A stretch of DNA of 61,859 nucleotides, taken from positions 1 to 61,859 of the IMG/VR virus record IMGVR_UViG_3300045120_000341; one strand, 5' to 3'. The notes beneath the pieces are model-generated. The model was given only the letters and a program-made list of their open reading frames with translations. It was not told the DNA's origin and made no database searches. The position numbers and the translations under genes were made by a program. This DNA is from a virus (taxonomy: Duplodnaviria > Caudoviricetes). This document shows, one piece after another, positions 27,558 to 36,856 of the stretch. Position 1 is the first letter of the stretch. Each line of letters begins with the position of its first letter.

Positions 27558-27977
27558 ATGTCTGTGGGAATTCTGCTCGACGTTGGCAGCAATGCGATTA
27601 TCGGTCCCGGAAATACGTTCGCGACCCCCGTCTCCGCGACGGGCGGTCTGACGGCCGTGGACCTCGTCGATGCCGACGCCAAGATGGCGACCGCCATCGT
27701 GACGTCCTCGGCGGTCGCCGGTGCCGGTACGGCCGCGATCAAGATGCAGGAGTCGGCGGACAACTCGGTCTGGGTGGACATTCCATTGGCGGTGTTCACG
27801 ACCATTTCCGCGGCCGAGTCGTTGCAGTTGATCTCGTTCAACGTGATGCGGCGGTACGTCCGCGGCTTCGCGACCGTCACCGGGACGAGCGTGACGCTTT
27901 CGCTGGCGATCTTCGCCCAGCGGCACGCGGTGCCGGTCAACAAGGGCGGCTGGGTGAACGAGCAGGGCGGAAGCTGA
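27558..27977 (+). CDS. Head decoration/cement protein
   Basis: VDL..QESADNSVWVDI..RRYVR pattern directly after the MCP. Confidence 0.7.
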   Translation: MSVGILLDVGSNAIIGPGNTFATPVSATGGLTAVDLVDADAKMATAIVTSSAVAGAGTAAIKMQESADNSVWVDIPLAVFTTISAAESLQLISFNVMRRYVRGFATVTGTSVTLSLAIFAQRHAVPVNKGGWVNEQGGS

Positions 27978-28001
27978 TCCGGGTCGGTCGTCGGACATTC
28001 C

Positions 28002-28040
28002 ACGGGCGGCGGCGAGTACGAACGCCGTTGCCCGTTTTTG
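28002..28040 (+). terminator. Intrinsic terminator after capsid genes
   Basis: acgggcggcggcg / cgccgttgcccgt stem followed by a T run. Confidence 0.7.
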
Positions 28041-28053
28041 TTGGGGGACGCCG

Positions 28054-28779
28054 GTGGTGCTCAACTGGACGAACCTGACGTTCCTCAAAGGCCGGTTGGG
28101 GATTTCCACCTGCACGGACGACGCAACGCTGGTTCAGATTCTGGCCGGGGTCGAGACGACGATCCAGAACGCGATCAGGTCGCCGGTGAAGTTGAAGCTA
28201 ATCGCGGACGAGTGGCGGGCGCCGGTGGACGACTACCGGCTGTTGCTCAAGTGGCGGCCGGTGAACGTGCTGAACGTGCCGGCCGGCACGGCGGACCCGG
28301 TGGTTCTGTCCTGCGAGCAGCCGTACGCGACCAGTGCGGGCACGCCGCTCACATACGGGACGGACTTCCTGGTCTATGACCTCGACCAGGACGGCCGGTT
28401 CGGGCTGGCCCCAATGCTCGAAGCGATCAACGGGCCGTGGTCGGTCTGGTGCGGCCGGTGGTCGAGGCCCCCGACGCGGCTTGCGAACACGCGGCAGGCG
28501 GACCGGGGTCGGCTGAAGGTGACCTACTGGGCCGGCTGGCCGGCGGACGCGATCCCGCCGGTGCTGGCGGACGCGGCGTACCTCGAAGCGGCGGCCCAGT
28601 GGCAGATCCGGAAGTACGGGCGGATTCTGTCGAGCGAAAGTCTGAACGGTTACTCGTACCAGACGGCGGCGATCATGGCGCCGCCCACATGGGCGTCGGC
28701 AAGGTTCGTGTCGCCGTTCGTGGCCGGGATGCTGTCCGAGTACATCATGCCGGCCGTGGCCGGCGCGGGCCCGTGGTGA
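28054..28779 (+). CDS. Head-tail connector (gp6/gp15-like)
   Basis: LK..LGI..DD..L, VTYWAGW..IP, SESLNGYSY. Confidence 0.8.
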   Translation: MVLNWTNLTFLKGRLGISTCTDDATLVQILAGVETTIQNAIRSPVKLKLIADEWRAPVDDYRLLLKWRPVNVLNVPAGTADPVVLSCEQPYATSAGTPLTYGTDFLVYDLDQDGRFGLAPMLEAINGPWSVWCGRWSRPPTRLANTRQADRGRLKVTYWAGWPADAIPPVLADAAYLEAAAQWQIRKYGRILSSESLNGYSYQTAAIMAPPTWASARFVSPFVAGMLSEYIMPAVAGAGPW

Positions 28780-28783
28780 GTTT

Positions 28784-29128
28784 ATGGCGTTTGCGGACCT
28801 TCTCCAGCACACGGCGACCGTCTACCGGCAGGTCAACTCGATTGACGCTTCCGGCGGATCGGTGCGGACGTGGATCGCGCGGACCTCGGGGACAGTGCCA
28901 TGTCTCATCCGGGGCATGAGCGGTCAGGAGCAGGCGGTCTACGCCCAGCGGAACATCTTCGTGACCCACATTATTTATCTGCTCGCGAACGCGGCCCAGA
29001 CGGGCGACAAGGTCATCGACGCGAACGGAAACACTTACATGCTGGACTCGATCCAGATTCAGCAGGGGGTCGGGAACATCGACACCTTTTACTTCTGGAT
29101 CGGCCGGGAATTCCTGCCGGGGGACTGA
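28784..29128 (+). CDS. Head closure protein
   Basis: Position; D.SGG..W, PC, GD.V motifs. Confidence 0.7.
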   Translation: MAFADLLQHTATVYRQVNSIDASGGSVRTWIARTSGTVPCLIRGMSGQEQAVYAQRNIFVTHIIYLLANAAQTGDKVIDANGNTYMLDSIQIQQGVGNIDTFYFWIGREFLPGD

Positions 29129-29131
29129 CGT

Positions 29132-29584
29132 TTGGTCCAGTCGGTCATTGCCGCCGTCATCGCCCGTTACGCCGCCATCACCATGACGGGCGTGACGAAG
29201 CCGAACATCTGGTTCGACGGGGTCCCGCAGACGGACGCGGGCGGTCTGACGCAGGAACTGCCATACGTGAACCTAGTGGACGAGGGGACCACGCCGGAGT
29301 TCGACTTCGAGTACAACCCGATCGAAACGACCCGGTTCCGGCTCGAAGTGTGGGCGAACACTCTGACGACGGTGGACCTGCTCCTGATCGGGCTCAAGTA
29401 CGGTTCGACGGGCGCGACGGCCGGCGGCGGATACGACTTCGCGACGTTCACGATCACCGGTCAGCAGGAGATGGAGTGCCGGCGGACGGAGGAGCGGCGG
29501 AGCCAGGCCCCGCAGGTCGATGCGGAGGGCAAGCAGGCGTACATGGGGACGCTGAATTACGAGGTTCAGGCAAAGGTGAACTAA
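29132..29584 (+). CDS. Tail terminator/completion protein
   Basis: Position; P....PY.., VWA pattern. Confidence 0.65.
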   Translation: MVQSVIAAVIARYAAITMTGVTKPNIWFDGVPQTDAGGLTQELPYVNLVDEGTTPEFDFEYNPIETTRFRLEVWANTLTTVDLLLIGLKYGSTGATAGGGYDFATFTITGQQEMECRRTEERRSQAPQVDAEGKQAYMGTLNYEVQAKVN

Positions 29585-30139
29585 GTGGCGACGTCGATGA
29601 CGGTCACGAAATTCGCGGCCGGCCTGACGATCCAGGCGTCGGCGACGTGGCCCGTCCCGGCGCTACTGGTCGGCGCGAGTGCTTCGCCGAACCGGTTCGC
29701 GCAGCAGATCCAGATGCTGTCGAGCCTGACGAACGGGACGGGTACGGGCAAGGCCGACTCGACGATCTACGACATCCGGCAACTGGCGGCTGCCGGGACC
29801 GAGACACTGAACTTCTTCGACGGGTCGGTCCTGCTCGTGGACGGGTCGGCGACGGGGCTGCAAACGGTGAAGCAGCTCATCATTTACCAGATCGCTAACC
29901 CGGACGGGACGACGGCCGCGAGTTCGTTCACGGTCGGCAACGCCGCGGCGACGCAACTGGTCCTGAACCTCGGGGCCGCGGCGCAGACGTGGACGGGTTA
30001 CATGGACTCCGTGCCGTTCTGGGCGGGCCGGAAGACCGGGTACACGGTCGACGCATCGAACAAGTCGTTGAAGATCCTCAACAACGACGGGGCCAACAAG
30101 CTGACGTACGTGCTGTTGGTCGAAGGGAACCACGTGTAG
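29585..30139 (+). CDS. Virion structural protein
   Basis: Thr/Ala-rich beta protein in the neck-tail region. Confidence 0.6.
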   Translation: MATSMTVTKFAAGLTIQASATWPVPALLVGASASPNRFAQQIQMLSSLTNGTGTGKADSTIYDIRQLAAAGTETLNFFDGSVLLVDGSATGLQTVKQLIIYQIANPDGTTAASSFTVGNAAATQLVLNLGAAAQTWTGYMDSVPFWAGRKTGYTVDASNKSLKILNNDGANKLTYVLLVEGNHV

Positions 30140-30149
30140 GAGGTTTACA

Positions 30150-30575
30150 GTGGCATTCACACCAGCTGCCGGAAGCTCGGGACGCATCCGTAACGGGGTC
30201 GGCAATACCATCATCGGCGGCCTCACGGCGTGGGACGCCACGAAGGCCCTCGAAGTCCTGAAGGTGACGAACTTCGAGTCGCCGCAGGACTCGAACCTTG
30301 TCATCTGGGAGGAGAAAATATCCTCCAACATCGCCGACGGCAAGATCACGGTCTCCGGCTGGATCGACCTGGGGACGCCGACGGGAGAGTCGTTTTTCAA
30401 CATCGGCACGTCGGCCCTGTTCGACTTCCTGTTTACCAAGACGGGTACACTGGGCTACCACAACGTCTTGTGCATCGTCTCGAATTACAAGCCCGGCGTG
30501 AAGCTCCGGGAAGCCCAGTCGTTCACGGCCGAACTCGAAGTCAACGGCATCATGCCGTACCAGACCGCGTCTTAA
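30150..30575 (+). CDS. Major tail tube protein
   Basis: Upstream of the chaperones; G..G.I, W, VTNFES, F....NG pattern. Confidence 0.75.
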   Translation: MAFTPAAGSSGRIRNGVGNTIIGGLTAWDATKALEVLKVTNFESPQDSNLVIWEEKISSNIADGKITVSGWIDLGTPTGESFFNIGTSALFDFLFTKTGTLGYHNVLCIVSNYKPGVKLREAQSFTAELEVNGIMPYQTAS

Positions 30576-30589
30576 CCTCGTGAGGTGTT

Positions 30590-31147
30590 ATGTCCGAACC
30601 GACTGCGGCCACGGCGCCGGCTCCGTCCCTTCAGCAGCAACTCGGCATTCCGTCCGATATTCACGCCTTGGGCAAGGTGTGGAAGTTCGGGCCGCCGAAC
30701 CAGAACGCCAAGGCGATCCTCGAAGAGTTGTACGCGGTCGACGCGATCCTGGAGAACCAGAAGCTTTCGGCCCATTTACCGCCCGAAGCCCGGCAGCAGA
30801 TGCACCGGGCATTCATGGCCCGGCTGGACTCCGGGGCGTATGCGACGGGCGGCGAAGGCTGGGTATCGAAGCTCACGAACCCGGCGTGCCACCCGCTCTT
30901 TCTCCTGAGCCTGTTCCGGGTCAATCACCCGGACCTGACGCGGGACGAGATGATGAAGATCGTCGAGGCGTCGCAGGACGAGATGGAGGCGGCTTTGATC
31001 CGGCAGGTGCCGGGTTTTTTCGCCGAAGCGTTCCCGGGCACCACGCCGGAACAGCGGGAACGACTGGAAACCATGTTCCGGGAAGCGATCCAACGCCTGC
31101 GGCCCTCGCCTTCCGACAGCTCGCCCCCGAATGGTACGGCGCTCTGA
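30590..31147 (+). CDS. Tail assembly chaperone (gpG-like)
   Basis: Between tail tube and tape measure; contains a G GGT TTT heptamer at 31012-31018. Confidence 0.7.
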   Translation: MSEPTAATAPAPSLQQQLGIPSDIHALGKVWKFGPPNQNAKAILEELYAVDAILENQKLSAHLPPEARQQMHRAFMARLDSGAYATGGEGWVSKLTNPACHPLFLLSLFRVNHPDLTRDEMMKIVEASQDEMEAALIRQVPGFFAEAFPGTTPEQRERLETMFREAIQRLRPSPSDSSPPNGTAL

Positions 31148-31422
31148 CGGGCGAGCCGTGGTGCCTCATGCCGTGGGACATCGGGCGATTGACGGACTGG
31201 CAGATTGAAAAACTGATCTTCGAGCCGGCATTGAAGAAGGCGAAGGACATGGACCCGAACGCGATCCAGGAACCAGTAGCGCCGCCGGAAGATACTTGGA
31301 CGATGCCGACGGAAGACGAGTACGTGAAGGGCGCGATCAGGTTCGCGGGCGGTACGGAAGAGCATTGGCGGGCGGAGTACCGGAAGTGCGTGGCGGAGGA
31401 CGCGAAGCGTGGCAACGCCTAG
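31012..31422 (+). CDS. -1 frame extension of the chaperone (gpT-like)
   Basis: The open -1 frame contains PWDIGRLTDWQI and ends at the tape-measure start. Confidence 0.6.
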   Translation, partial: GFFRRSVPGHHAGTAGTTGNHVPGSDPTPAALAFRQLAPEWYGALTGEPWCLMPWDIGRLTDWQIEKLIFEPALKKAKDMDPNAIQEPVAPPEDTWTMPTEDEYVKGAIRFAGGTEEHWRAEYRKCVAEDAKRGNA

Positions 31423-32467
31423 GCAGGGCTCGACGATTCTTCCGCAGGGGTCGTACTCGTCCGACCTGGCCCAAGTCGTCCGGCAACTGAATCAGGTCGC
31501 GGCTGCGTCTCAGGGAGTGTTCTCGGCCCTCCGGGCGGGTATCGGCGCGGTCCAATCGCAGATTGTGTCTTTTGTCGAGAAGGCGAACCCGGCGGCGGTC
31601 CAGAAATTCAAGTTCGCCGTGGACGACTTGACGGGCGTGATCGGCCGGGCACTGACGCCGGTGCTGGTCAACATGACGGCACTGATTCAGAAGCTGGCGG
31701 ACTACTTCTATGCGTTGGGACCTGGTGCGAAGGTCCTGTTAGCGGGCCTCACCGCGGCGGCGGTCGGATTCACGGTGGTTGCGGTTGGTGTGTGGGGATT
31801 GAACGCGGCGTTCTCAACGCTCACCGGCGGCCTGTCGACGATCCTCGGTGCGATCGGGGCAATGGCGGTCGGCGTCATGTTCGCGGCGAGCGGTACGGAC
31901 TCTCTGAAAGGCGCCCTCGATGCAATGATGGGCCCGCTCTCGTCCGTCCTCGACATTATCGGGGAAATTGTAAGTGACATCGTCAGTGCGCTAGCTCCCG
32001 TCGTCGAGACGGTTTTTGCGATCATGGCGGCCGGCATGAGAATGGTAGCGGATGCGTTGAAAGAGGCGTTGCCGTATCTGCAAAAGGTCGTCGCATGGTT
32101 CCGAGCCATCGCCGAGTTCGCTGCGGAAATTCTCGGCATTCAGTTAGCGGCCGGCGGAGGTCCTCCGAAGGCGCCCGCCGCCGTTCGTCAGGCCCAAATC
32201 GGTGGGCTGAATGACTTCATTAACAGACAGATGGTGAATGCGCTTCAATCGCCGGCCAAGCAACAAGACCCCATCGAAATCGGGAGAGGGATCGCAAAGG
32301 ATGTGGCGGAATGCCGGGCGTGGCTTGAGAAAATCTTCAACAAACCCGAAGCGATCCGGGCCGGACTACAAGGTATTGCGCCGGTCATCCGAAACGTGGC
32401 CGAGGGCGGGGCGTTCGGCCCGATGGGCGTGGCTGCGGAGATCGCCATGCGGATCGTCGGCAAGTAA
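31409..32467 (+). CDS. Short tape measure protein
   Basis: Ala/Gly-rich amphipathic helices with a central hydrophobic region; position. Confidence 0.75.
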   Translation: MATPRQGSTILPQGSYSSDLAQVVRQLNQVAAASQGVFSALRAGIGAVQSQIVSFVEKANPAAVQKFKFAVDDLTGVIGRALTPVLVNMTALIQKLADYFYALGPGAKVLLAGLTAAAVGFTVVAVGVWGLNAAFSTLTGGLSTILGAIGAMAVGVMFAASGTDSLKGALDAMMGPLSSVLDIIGEIVSDIVSALAPVVETVFAIMAAGMRMVADALKEALPYLQKVVAWFRAIAEFAAEILGIQLAAGGGPPKAPAAVRQAQIGGLNDFINRQMVNALQSPAKQQDPIEIGRGIAKDVAECRAWLEKIFNKPEAIRAGLQGIAPVIRNVAEGGAFGPMGVAAEIAMRIVGK

Positions 32468-32470
32468 CTG

Positions 32471-32863
32471 CTACGGCCGCTTGATACTTTTCAGCAACAC
32501 CGGCTCTTTGACCCCGCGCACCTCGAACACCAAGTCGGCCTCTTCCAGACGGGTGATGTTCGGGTAGTTCAGGTCTGGCGGCAACTCGACGATAATTGAG
32601 ATGTCAACCGAACTCCCAGTCGCGATGGATGACGTGCTCCGGCTGAAGAATGCCTTGTTGCCGATCCAGTCCCTGAGCTCGCCGTTCGTTGAATACCGGA
32701 ATCTCCCCCTCAGCGTCTTCCCGACGAACGCGCCGGGGTCGTCCTTGTACCGGATGAACTCGGTGTCCGTCGTCGTCTTGTCGGCTTTCTCGGGTTCCGT
32801 GGGGGGTGTGGGCTGAACGCCGCACCCGGCCACGAACAGTAAGCACAGAATAGCAAAACGCAT
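32471..32863 (-). CDS. Lipoprotein moron (superinfection-exclusion candidate)
   Basis: MRFAILCLLFVAG-C lipobox; RBS GAGGAG; antisense inside the tail operon. Confidence 0.7.
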   Translation of the reverse strand: MRFAILCLLFVAGCGVQPTPPTEPEKADKTTTDTEFIRYKDDPGAFVGKTLRGRFRYSTNGELRDWIGNKAFFSRSTSSIATGSSVDISIIVELPPDLNYPNITRLEEADLVFEVRGVKEPVLLKSIKRP

Positions 32864-32943
32864 GGGCGACTCCTCGACGGGGCGCTTATCCCATCGCGCG
32901 CAGCAGTTTGTGTCAATCCTGACTGCCCGTTCACGCCGGCGTA

Positions 32944-32966
32944 GTTCCCCCGGTTCCCCCGAAAAT
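32944..32966 (+). promoter_or_regulatory. Late promoter motif (tail tip, leaderless)
   Basis: GTTCCCCC-N9-GAAAAT-8nt-ATG. Confidence 0.7.
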
Positions 32967-32974
32967 CGGGGGTT

Positions 32975-34063
32975 ATGCCGCCTCCCTTAGACAATACCGA
33001 CGCCAATATTCTCCTCGAACCCGCCCCGTTCACCCGCGACGATTGGCTGGAAGCCGTCCAGCCGTATGCACCGGGCGGCGGCGATGTGTTCAGCCTGGAG
33101 AACTCGGAAGCGGTCATTGTCGGCTACATCCCGTTCGCGAAACGGTGGAGTTTCATTCGGTATGTCCTCGGTACGGCGTTCGTGGCCGCCGACGACTTCA
33201 ACGACTACTCGACCTACTTCCTCTCGCGGACTCCGCCACTCGAACACCCGTGGTTCGGGTGGATGCAGGCGCACTCGGTTCACCTGCAATACTTCGCGCC
33301 AGACGGGACCGAACTGAAGATCAACGCCTTCGACCCGGACCTGTCATTCGACTTCGCCAATTACATCGAGGTGATGGCGACGATCAGGTTCCGGCAACTG
33401 CCGTGGGTCTGGGCGGCCGACAACGAGATCGACTTTGAATTTGAACGCATGTGCTTCGACCCGGACCGGACGGGCAATCTCGACATTCTTTCGCAGGCGG
33501 CTGGCGAGCAACTGACGTTCGCCGAAACGAGTCCGGCGGCAGGTCTCGTCAAGGCGGGCCCGCCGGCCGGAACAAAGTTCCCCACGGAGATCGGCCTGCC
33601 GATTTACAAGGAACAATTCAACTTCAAGTGGATGTACGTACCGAAGGACTACATCATGTCCTCGGTGGACGTGGATTCAACTCTAGTCTTCTTCGACATT
33701 GGGTTCTCGGCCAAGAAAATCACGCCGCGTCTCGGCACGCTCAACGACGCCTCGTTCCTGGGATTCGCGGCTGGTACGCTGCTTCTGGCCGGCGTTACGT
33801 ACGAACGGTTCATGTGGCCACTGCGGAGTGTCGACGACGCGCCGTACGGGTACAACGTCACGTTTCACTTCCAGTCGTTCGATCCGGTGAAGGGCAAGGT
33901 GAACTTCCCACTTGGAGCTTCGCCGTTCCGCGGGCACAACCTACAGCCGTGGCGGGACAACGGCCGGTTCTATTACGCGACGTATGACGGTACGCTGACC
34001 GGTCAACCGTTTTTGAATTCGTCCAGCTTCCCGCAGTTGTTTACGTACGTGGACGCGCCCTGA
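32975..34063 (+). CDS. Tail tip/baseplate protein
   Basis: First gene after the TMP; aromatic beta-rich; leaderless after a late motif. Confidence 0.65.
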   Translation: MPPPLDNTDANILLEPAPFTRDDWLEAVQPYAPGGGDVFSLENSEAVIVGYIPFAKRWSFIRYVLGTAFVAADDFNDYSTYFLSRTPPLEHPWFGWMQAHSVHLQYFAPDGTELKINAFDPDLSFDFANYIEVMATIRFRQLPWVWAADNEIDFEFERMCFDPDRTGNLDILSQAAGEQLTFAETSPAAGLVKAGPPAGTKFPTEIGLPIYKEQFNFKWMYVPKDYIMSSVDVDSTLVFFDIGFSAKKITPRLGTLNDASFLGFAAGTLLLAGVTYERFMWPLRSVDDAPYGYNVTFHFQSFDPVKGKVNFPLGASPFRGHNLQPWRDNGRFYYATYDGTLTGQPFLNSSSFPQLFTYVDAP

Positions 34064-34524
34064 TGATGCACTTCAAGCCTGGTATGCTGTCGAACGCGGA
34101 AGCGGCCGAGCTGAACAAGCTCGTGGCGGAAGTGGAACGGCTGAAGAATCTTCGGGTCGCTGGCCCCGCACTCCGGATCAGCCGCAGCCCGGCGAACATC
34201 GTCATCGAATGCACGGCCGACCCCGGGCGACCGAAACTCATGTCCTACGGCACTCCGCAGGACGTCTCGCGCGTCACGTTCCACGTCGATTTGAACCCAC
34301 GATGCTCCGGCGGAATGATTGTCTATGACCGGACGTGGATCACTCACGCGCTTGTGAACGGCCAGCTCGTCCAGACATTCAGCGACGAAAACCCGGACGT
34401 ACCGGTGTTCACGGACCCGTGGTGGTGCGTGGATGGCGATTGTTATCAGAGTCACGACGCGCCCGAAGGCTACTCCGACGGTCCGTTCGCGTCGCTCGAA
34501 GAGTGTGAAGGCGGATGCTTCTAG
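34063..34524 (+). CDS. Minor tail protein with Cys-rich C-terminus
   Basis: A.ELN.L..V..L..L N-terminus; WWC..C..GPF...EC..C. Confidence 0.6.
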   Translation: MMHFKPGMLSNAEAAELNKLVAEVERLKNLRVAGPALRISRSPANIVIECTADPGRPKLMSYGTPQDVSRVTFHVDLNPRCSGGMIVYDRTWITHALVNGQLVQTFSDENPDVPVFTDPWWCVDGDCYQSHDAPEGYSDGPFASLEECEGGCF

Positions 34525-35138
34525 CGTGCCTGCTACTCGCCGTACTCGTCCAGCTCGCCGGACTCATTGTCACCGGCGGCCCCTGTTCGTGCTGCAATCC
34601 GTACTACGCCTACGTGTATTACTCGTACTACGCCGCTTTTGCCGGCGGTGGCGCGACCCCGACCGTTTCCGTGTGCTGCTGCGAGGGTCGGCTGATCCCG
34701 ACCGTCTTGCACGTCACGATTAATGTTATCTCGGCGGCGGGGTGTACGTTCGGCATCAACGGCGTGACATTTCCGATTGTCTGGGACGGCATCGATTCGT
34801 GGTACGGAGAAATCGACACGGTCGGTTGTACGAGTTGCAAGAAATTCTTTGCCCGGCTCCAGTGCATTGTGGACAGCCCGTGTGTGTGGCTATTCACTAT
34901 GAGTTTTTTCGGGGACGCGCCGAACCCATCTCCACCGCCCGCCACTCTGCCTTGCTTCAATCCCACGCCGCCGCCGATACCTGCCTGTACCGGTTCGGCC
35001 ATCCCGTTCGATTGTGATGCCCTGACGGCCCAGATCACGAATAAATACACTGTCGTTGATCAGAATTTTTCTCCGTTCTGCTGTGAGGCGACGCCGGGCG
35101 AGCAGTGTTTCACCATCATCGGCACGTTGACCATCTGA
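34515..35138 (+). CDS. Cys-rich minor tail protein
   Basis: Hydrophobic leader then CSCC, CCC and further Cys. Confidence 0.6.
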   Translation: MLLACLLLAVLVQLAGLIVTGGPCSCCNPYYAYVYYSYYAAFAGGGATPTVSVCCCEGRLIPTVLHVTINVISAAGCTFGINGVTFPIVWDGIDSWYGEIDTVGCTSCKKFFARLQCIVDSPCVWLFTMSFFGDAPNPSPPPATLPCFNPTPPPIPACTGSAIPFDCDALTAQITNKYTVVDQNFSPFCCEATPGEQCFTIIGTLTI

Positions 35139-35145
35139 GGACACC

Positions 35146-36237
35146 GTGGTCTCGATCAAACCGGCCTGCGGCCCGTGCGGCAAGTACAAGCCGGGCGAAG
35201 CGTATGACCCGAGCCAATGCTATATTTGCTGGCTTTCGGCCCACAATCCAACCTACCGAAAGGTATTCGGCGGCAAGCCCAACGCCAGCCCTGTCCAGCT
35301 CGCTCGGGACGTGACCAAATGCCGACATCACATCGATGTGATTTCGCACACGGACGTTAACGGCCAGCCATGCGCCTGTACCGGCAAATGGCTCCGTGAG
35401 TGTCGGGTCCACGGGAAATGCACTTGGGAAGTACACCGGCCGGGCGTGGTGGACTGCCGGTCGTGCGTGGCCTACTCGGTGGCCGAGAGGAACTGGCCGG
35501 ACGACCCGAAGTGTGCCATTGCCATCGGGCACTACAACATGCCGGGGATTATTGAACTCCAGGCGAAGATGATCCGGGCGACCTGCGGGGATATTCCGAT
35601 ACTGGTCTCCGACGACCATACCGAAGACGCTGGCGAACACGGGCCGGCGAACAAGAAGCGACTACTGGCCATCTGCGAGGAGTACGGTCTGCACTACCGG
35701 GACACGGCGGCAGAGCGGATCGGTCACGCCGGTGGTGACCTGGGCTCATTCTGGCACGGCCTGCACTACGCGAAAGAGAACGGCTGTCGGGTACTCTGCA
35801 AACTCTCGCAACGGTTCCTGATCGATTACCCTCGATGGCTACCGGACGTGGCTAAGAAGATGCTGGCGGCGAACCAGCCGACGTGTGGCCGGGCGGCGAT
35901 GTACGGTCCCGCTTACGTGTTCAATTTGCGTACAGAGTGCGTCCTGATGGACGTTGAGAAGTGGACGAGGCCGGACATCCTTGCGCAGCTTCGGCCTCGG
36001 TTATTGCACGTCGCGGCCGAAGCGATCGTCTGGAACTGTGCCCACGCCCTCGGCGGTACGATGTGGGGAAATCCGCTGTTCACAAACGACCGGGCGAAGA
36101 AACATCGGCTCATCACCTGGCATGACGCCGACGGGACCGAGCGGTACGCCTACATGGCCGACAAGTACGGAGTGGACCTCGGGAACGGCTACCACGCCGG
36201 TGGTTCGCACCTGAGTCCGGCTTACAGGATTGGATGA
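35146..36237 (+). CDS. Cys-rich domain fused to a GT-A-like glycosyltransferase
   Basis: N-terminal ~110 aa Cys-rich; IAIGHYN..ILVSDD GT2-like motifs. Confidence 0.6.
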   Translation: MVSIKPACGPCGKYKPGEAYDPSQCYICWLSAHNPTYRKVFGGKPNASPVQLARDVTKCRHHIDVISHTDVNGQPCACTGKWLRECRVHGKCTWEVHRPGVVDCRSCVAYSVAERNWPDDPKCAIAIGHYNMPGIIELQAKMIRATCGDIPILVSDDHTEDAGEHGPANKKRLLAICEEYGLHYRDTAAERIGHAGGDLGSFWHGLHYAKENGCRVLCKLSQRFLIDYPRWLPDVAKKMLAANQPTCGRAAMYGPAYVFNLRTECVLMDVEKWTRPDILAQLRPRLLHVAAEAIVWNCAHALGGTMWGNPLFTNDRAKKHRLITWHDADGTERYAYMADKYGVDLGNGYHAGGSHLSPAYRIG

Positions 36238-36749
36238 TGCACCAAGCCGCCCGCGACTGGATCGACAAGGCCCGCGCGAACCTCTCCGTGTGCGAGTTGG
36301 GTTCCTACGACGTGAACGGTGGCATCCGCGATCTGTTCCCGGGCTGGTCGTACGTCGGAGTCGATTCGCGTCCGGGCAAGGGCGTTCACGTCGTGGCCGA
36401 CGCGGCGACATGGGACGGGGACGGCCGAAAGTTCGACGTGGTGGTGTGTTGTGAGGTATTTGAGCACTGCCCGACATGGATGCAGGTGTGTCGGAATGCC
36501 TATCGTCTTCTCAAGCCGGGCGGCTGGTTTTTCGTGACGGCAGCCGGGCCGGGCCGGCAGGCACACTCATGTGACGCGGCTCTGATGGTTGAACCATACC
36601 CGGAGTGGTACGGGAATGTCGATCCGCGTGAATTGGAGGATCGACTGGATGAAGTCGGATTTACATCAGTCTTGGTGAATGTCCAGACCGACGACGTGCG
36701 GGCGTCAGCACGCAAGCCGTTCGGTTCCCCCGGTCCGCTGAAGGATTAA
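36234..36749 (+). CDS. Class I SAM-dependent methyltransferase
   Basis: ELGS..VNG, YVGVD, FDVVVCCEVFEH, LKPGG. Confidence 0.85.
   Translation: MMHQAARDWIDKARANLSVCELGSYDVNGGIRDLFPGWSYVGVDSRPGKGVHVVADAATWDGDGRKFDVVVCCEVFEHCPTWMQVCRNAYRLLKPGGWFFVTAAGPGRQAHSCDAALMVEPYPEWYGNVDPRELEDRLDEVGFTSVLVNVQTDDVRASARKPFGSPGPLKD
36724..36746 (+). promoter_or_regulatory. Late promoter motif (AP2-like gene)
   Basis: GTTCCCCC-N9-AAGGAT. Confidence 0.6.
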
Positions 36750-36856
36750 ACGAACCGACCCGGGGCAGCCGCGCAGCCACCCCGGGTCATCTGCCCGCCT
36801 AGGCCCTGGTCAAGCCCGGCATCTGCAATCTACCGCTGGTCGCGGCGGATAACAAG

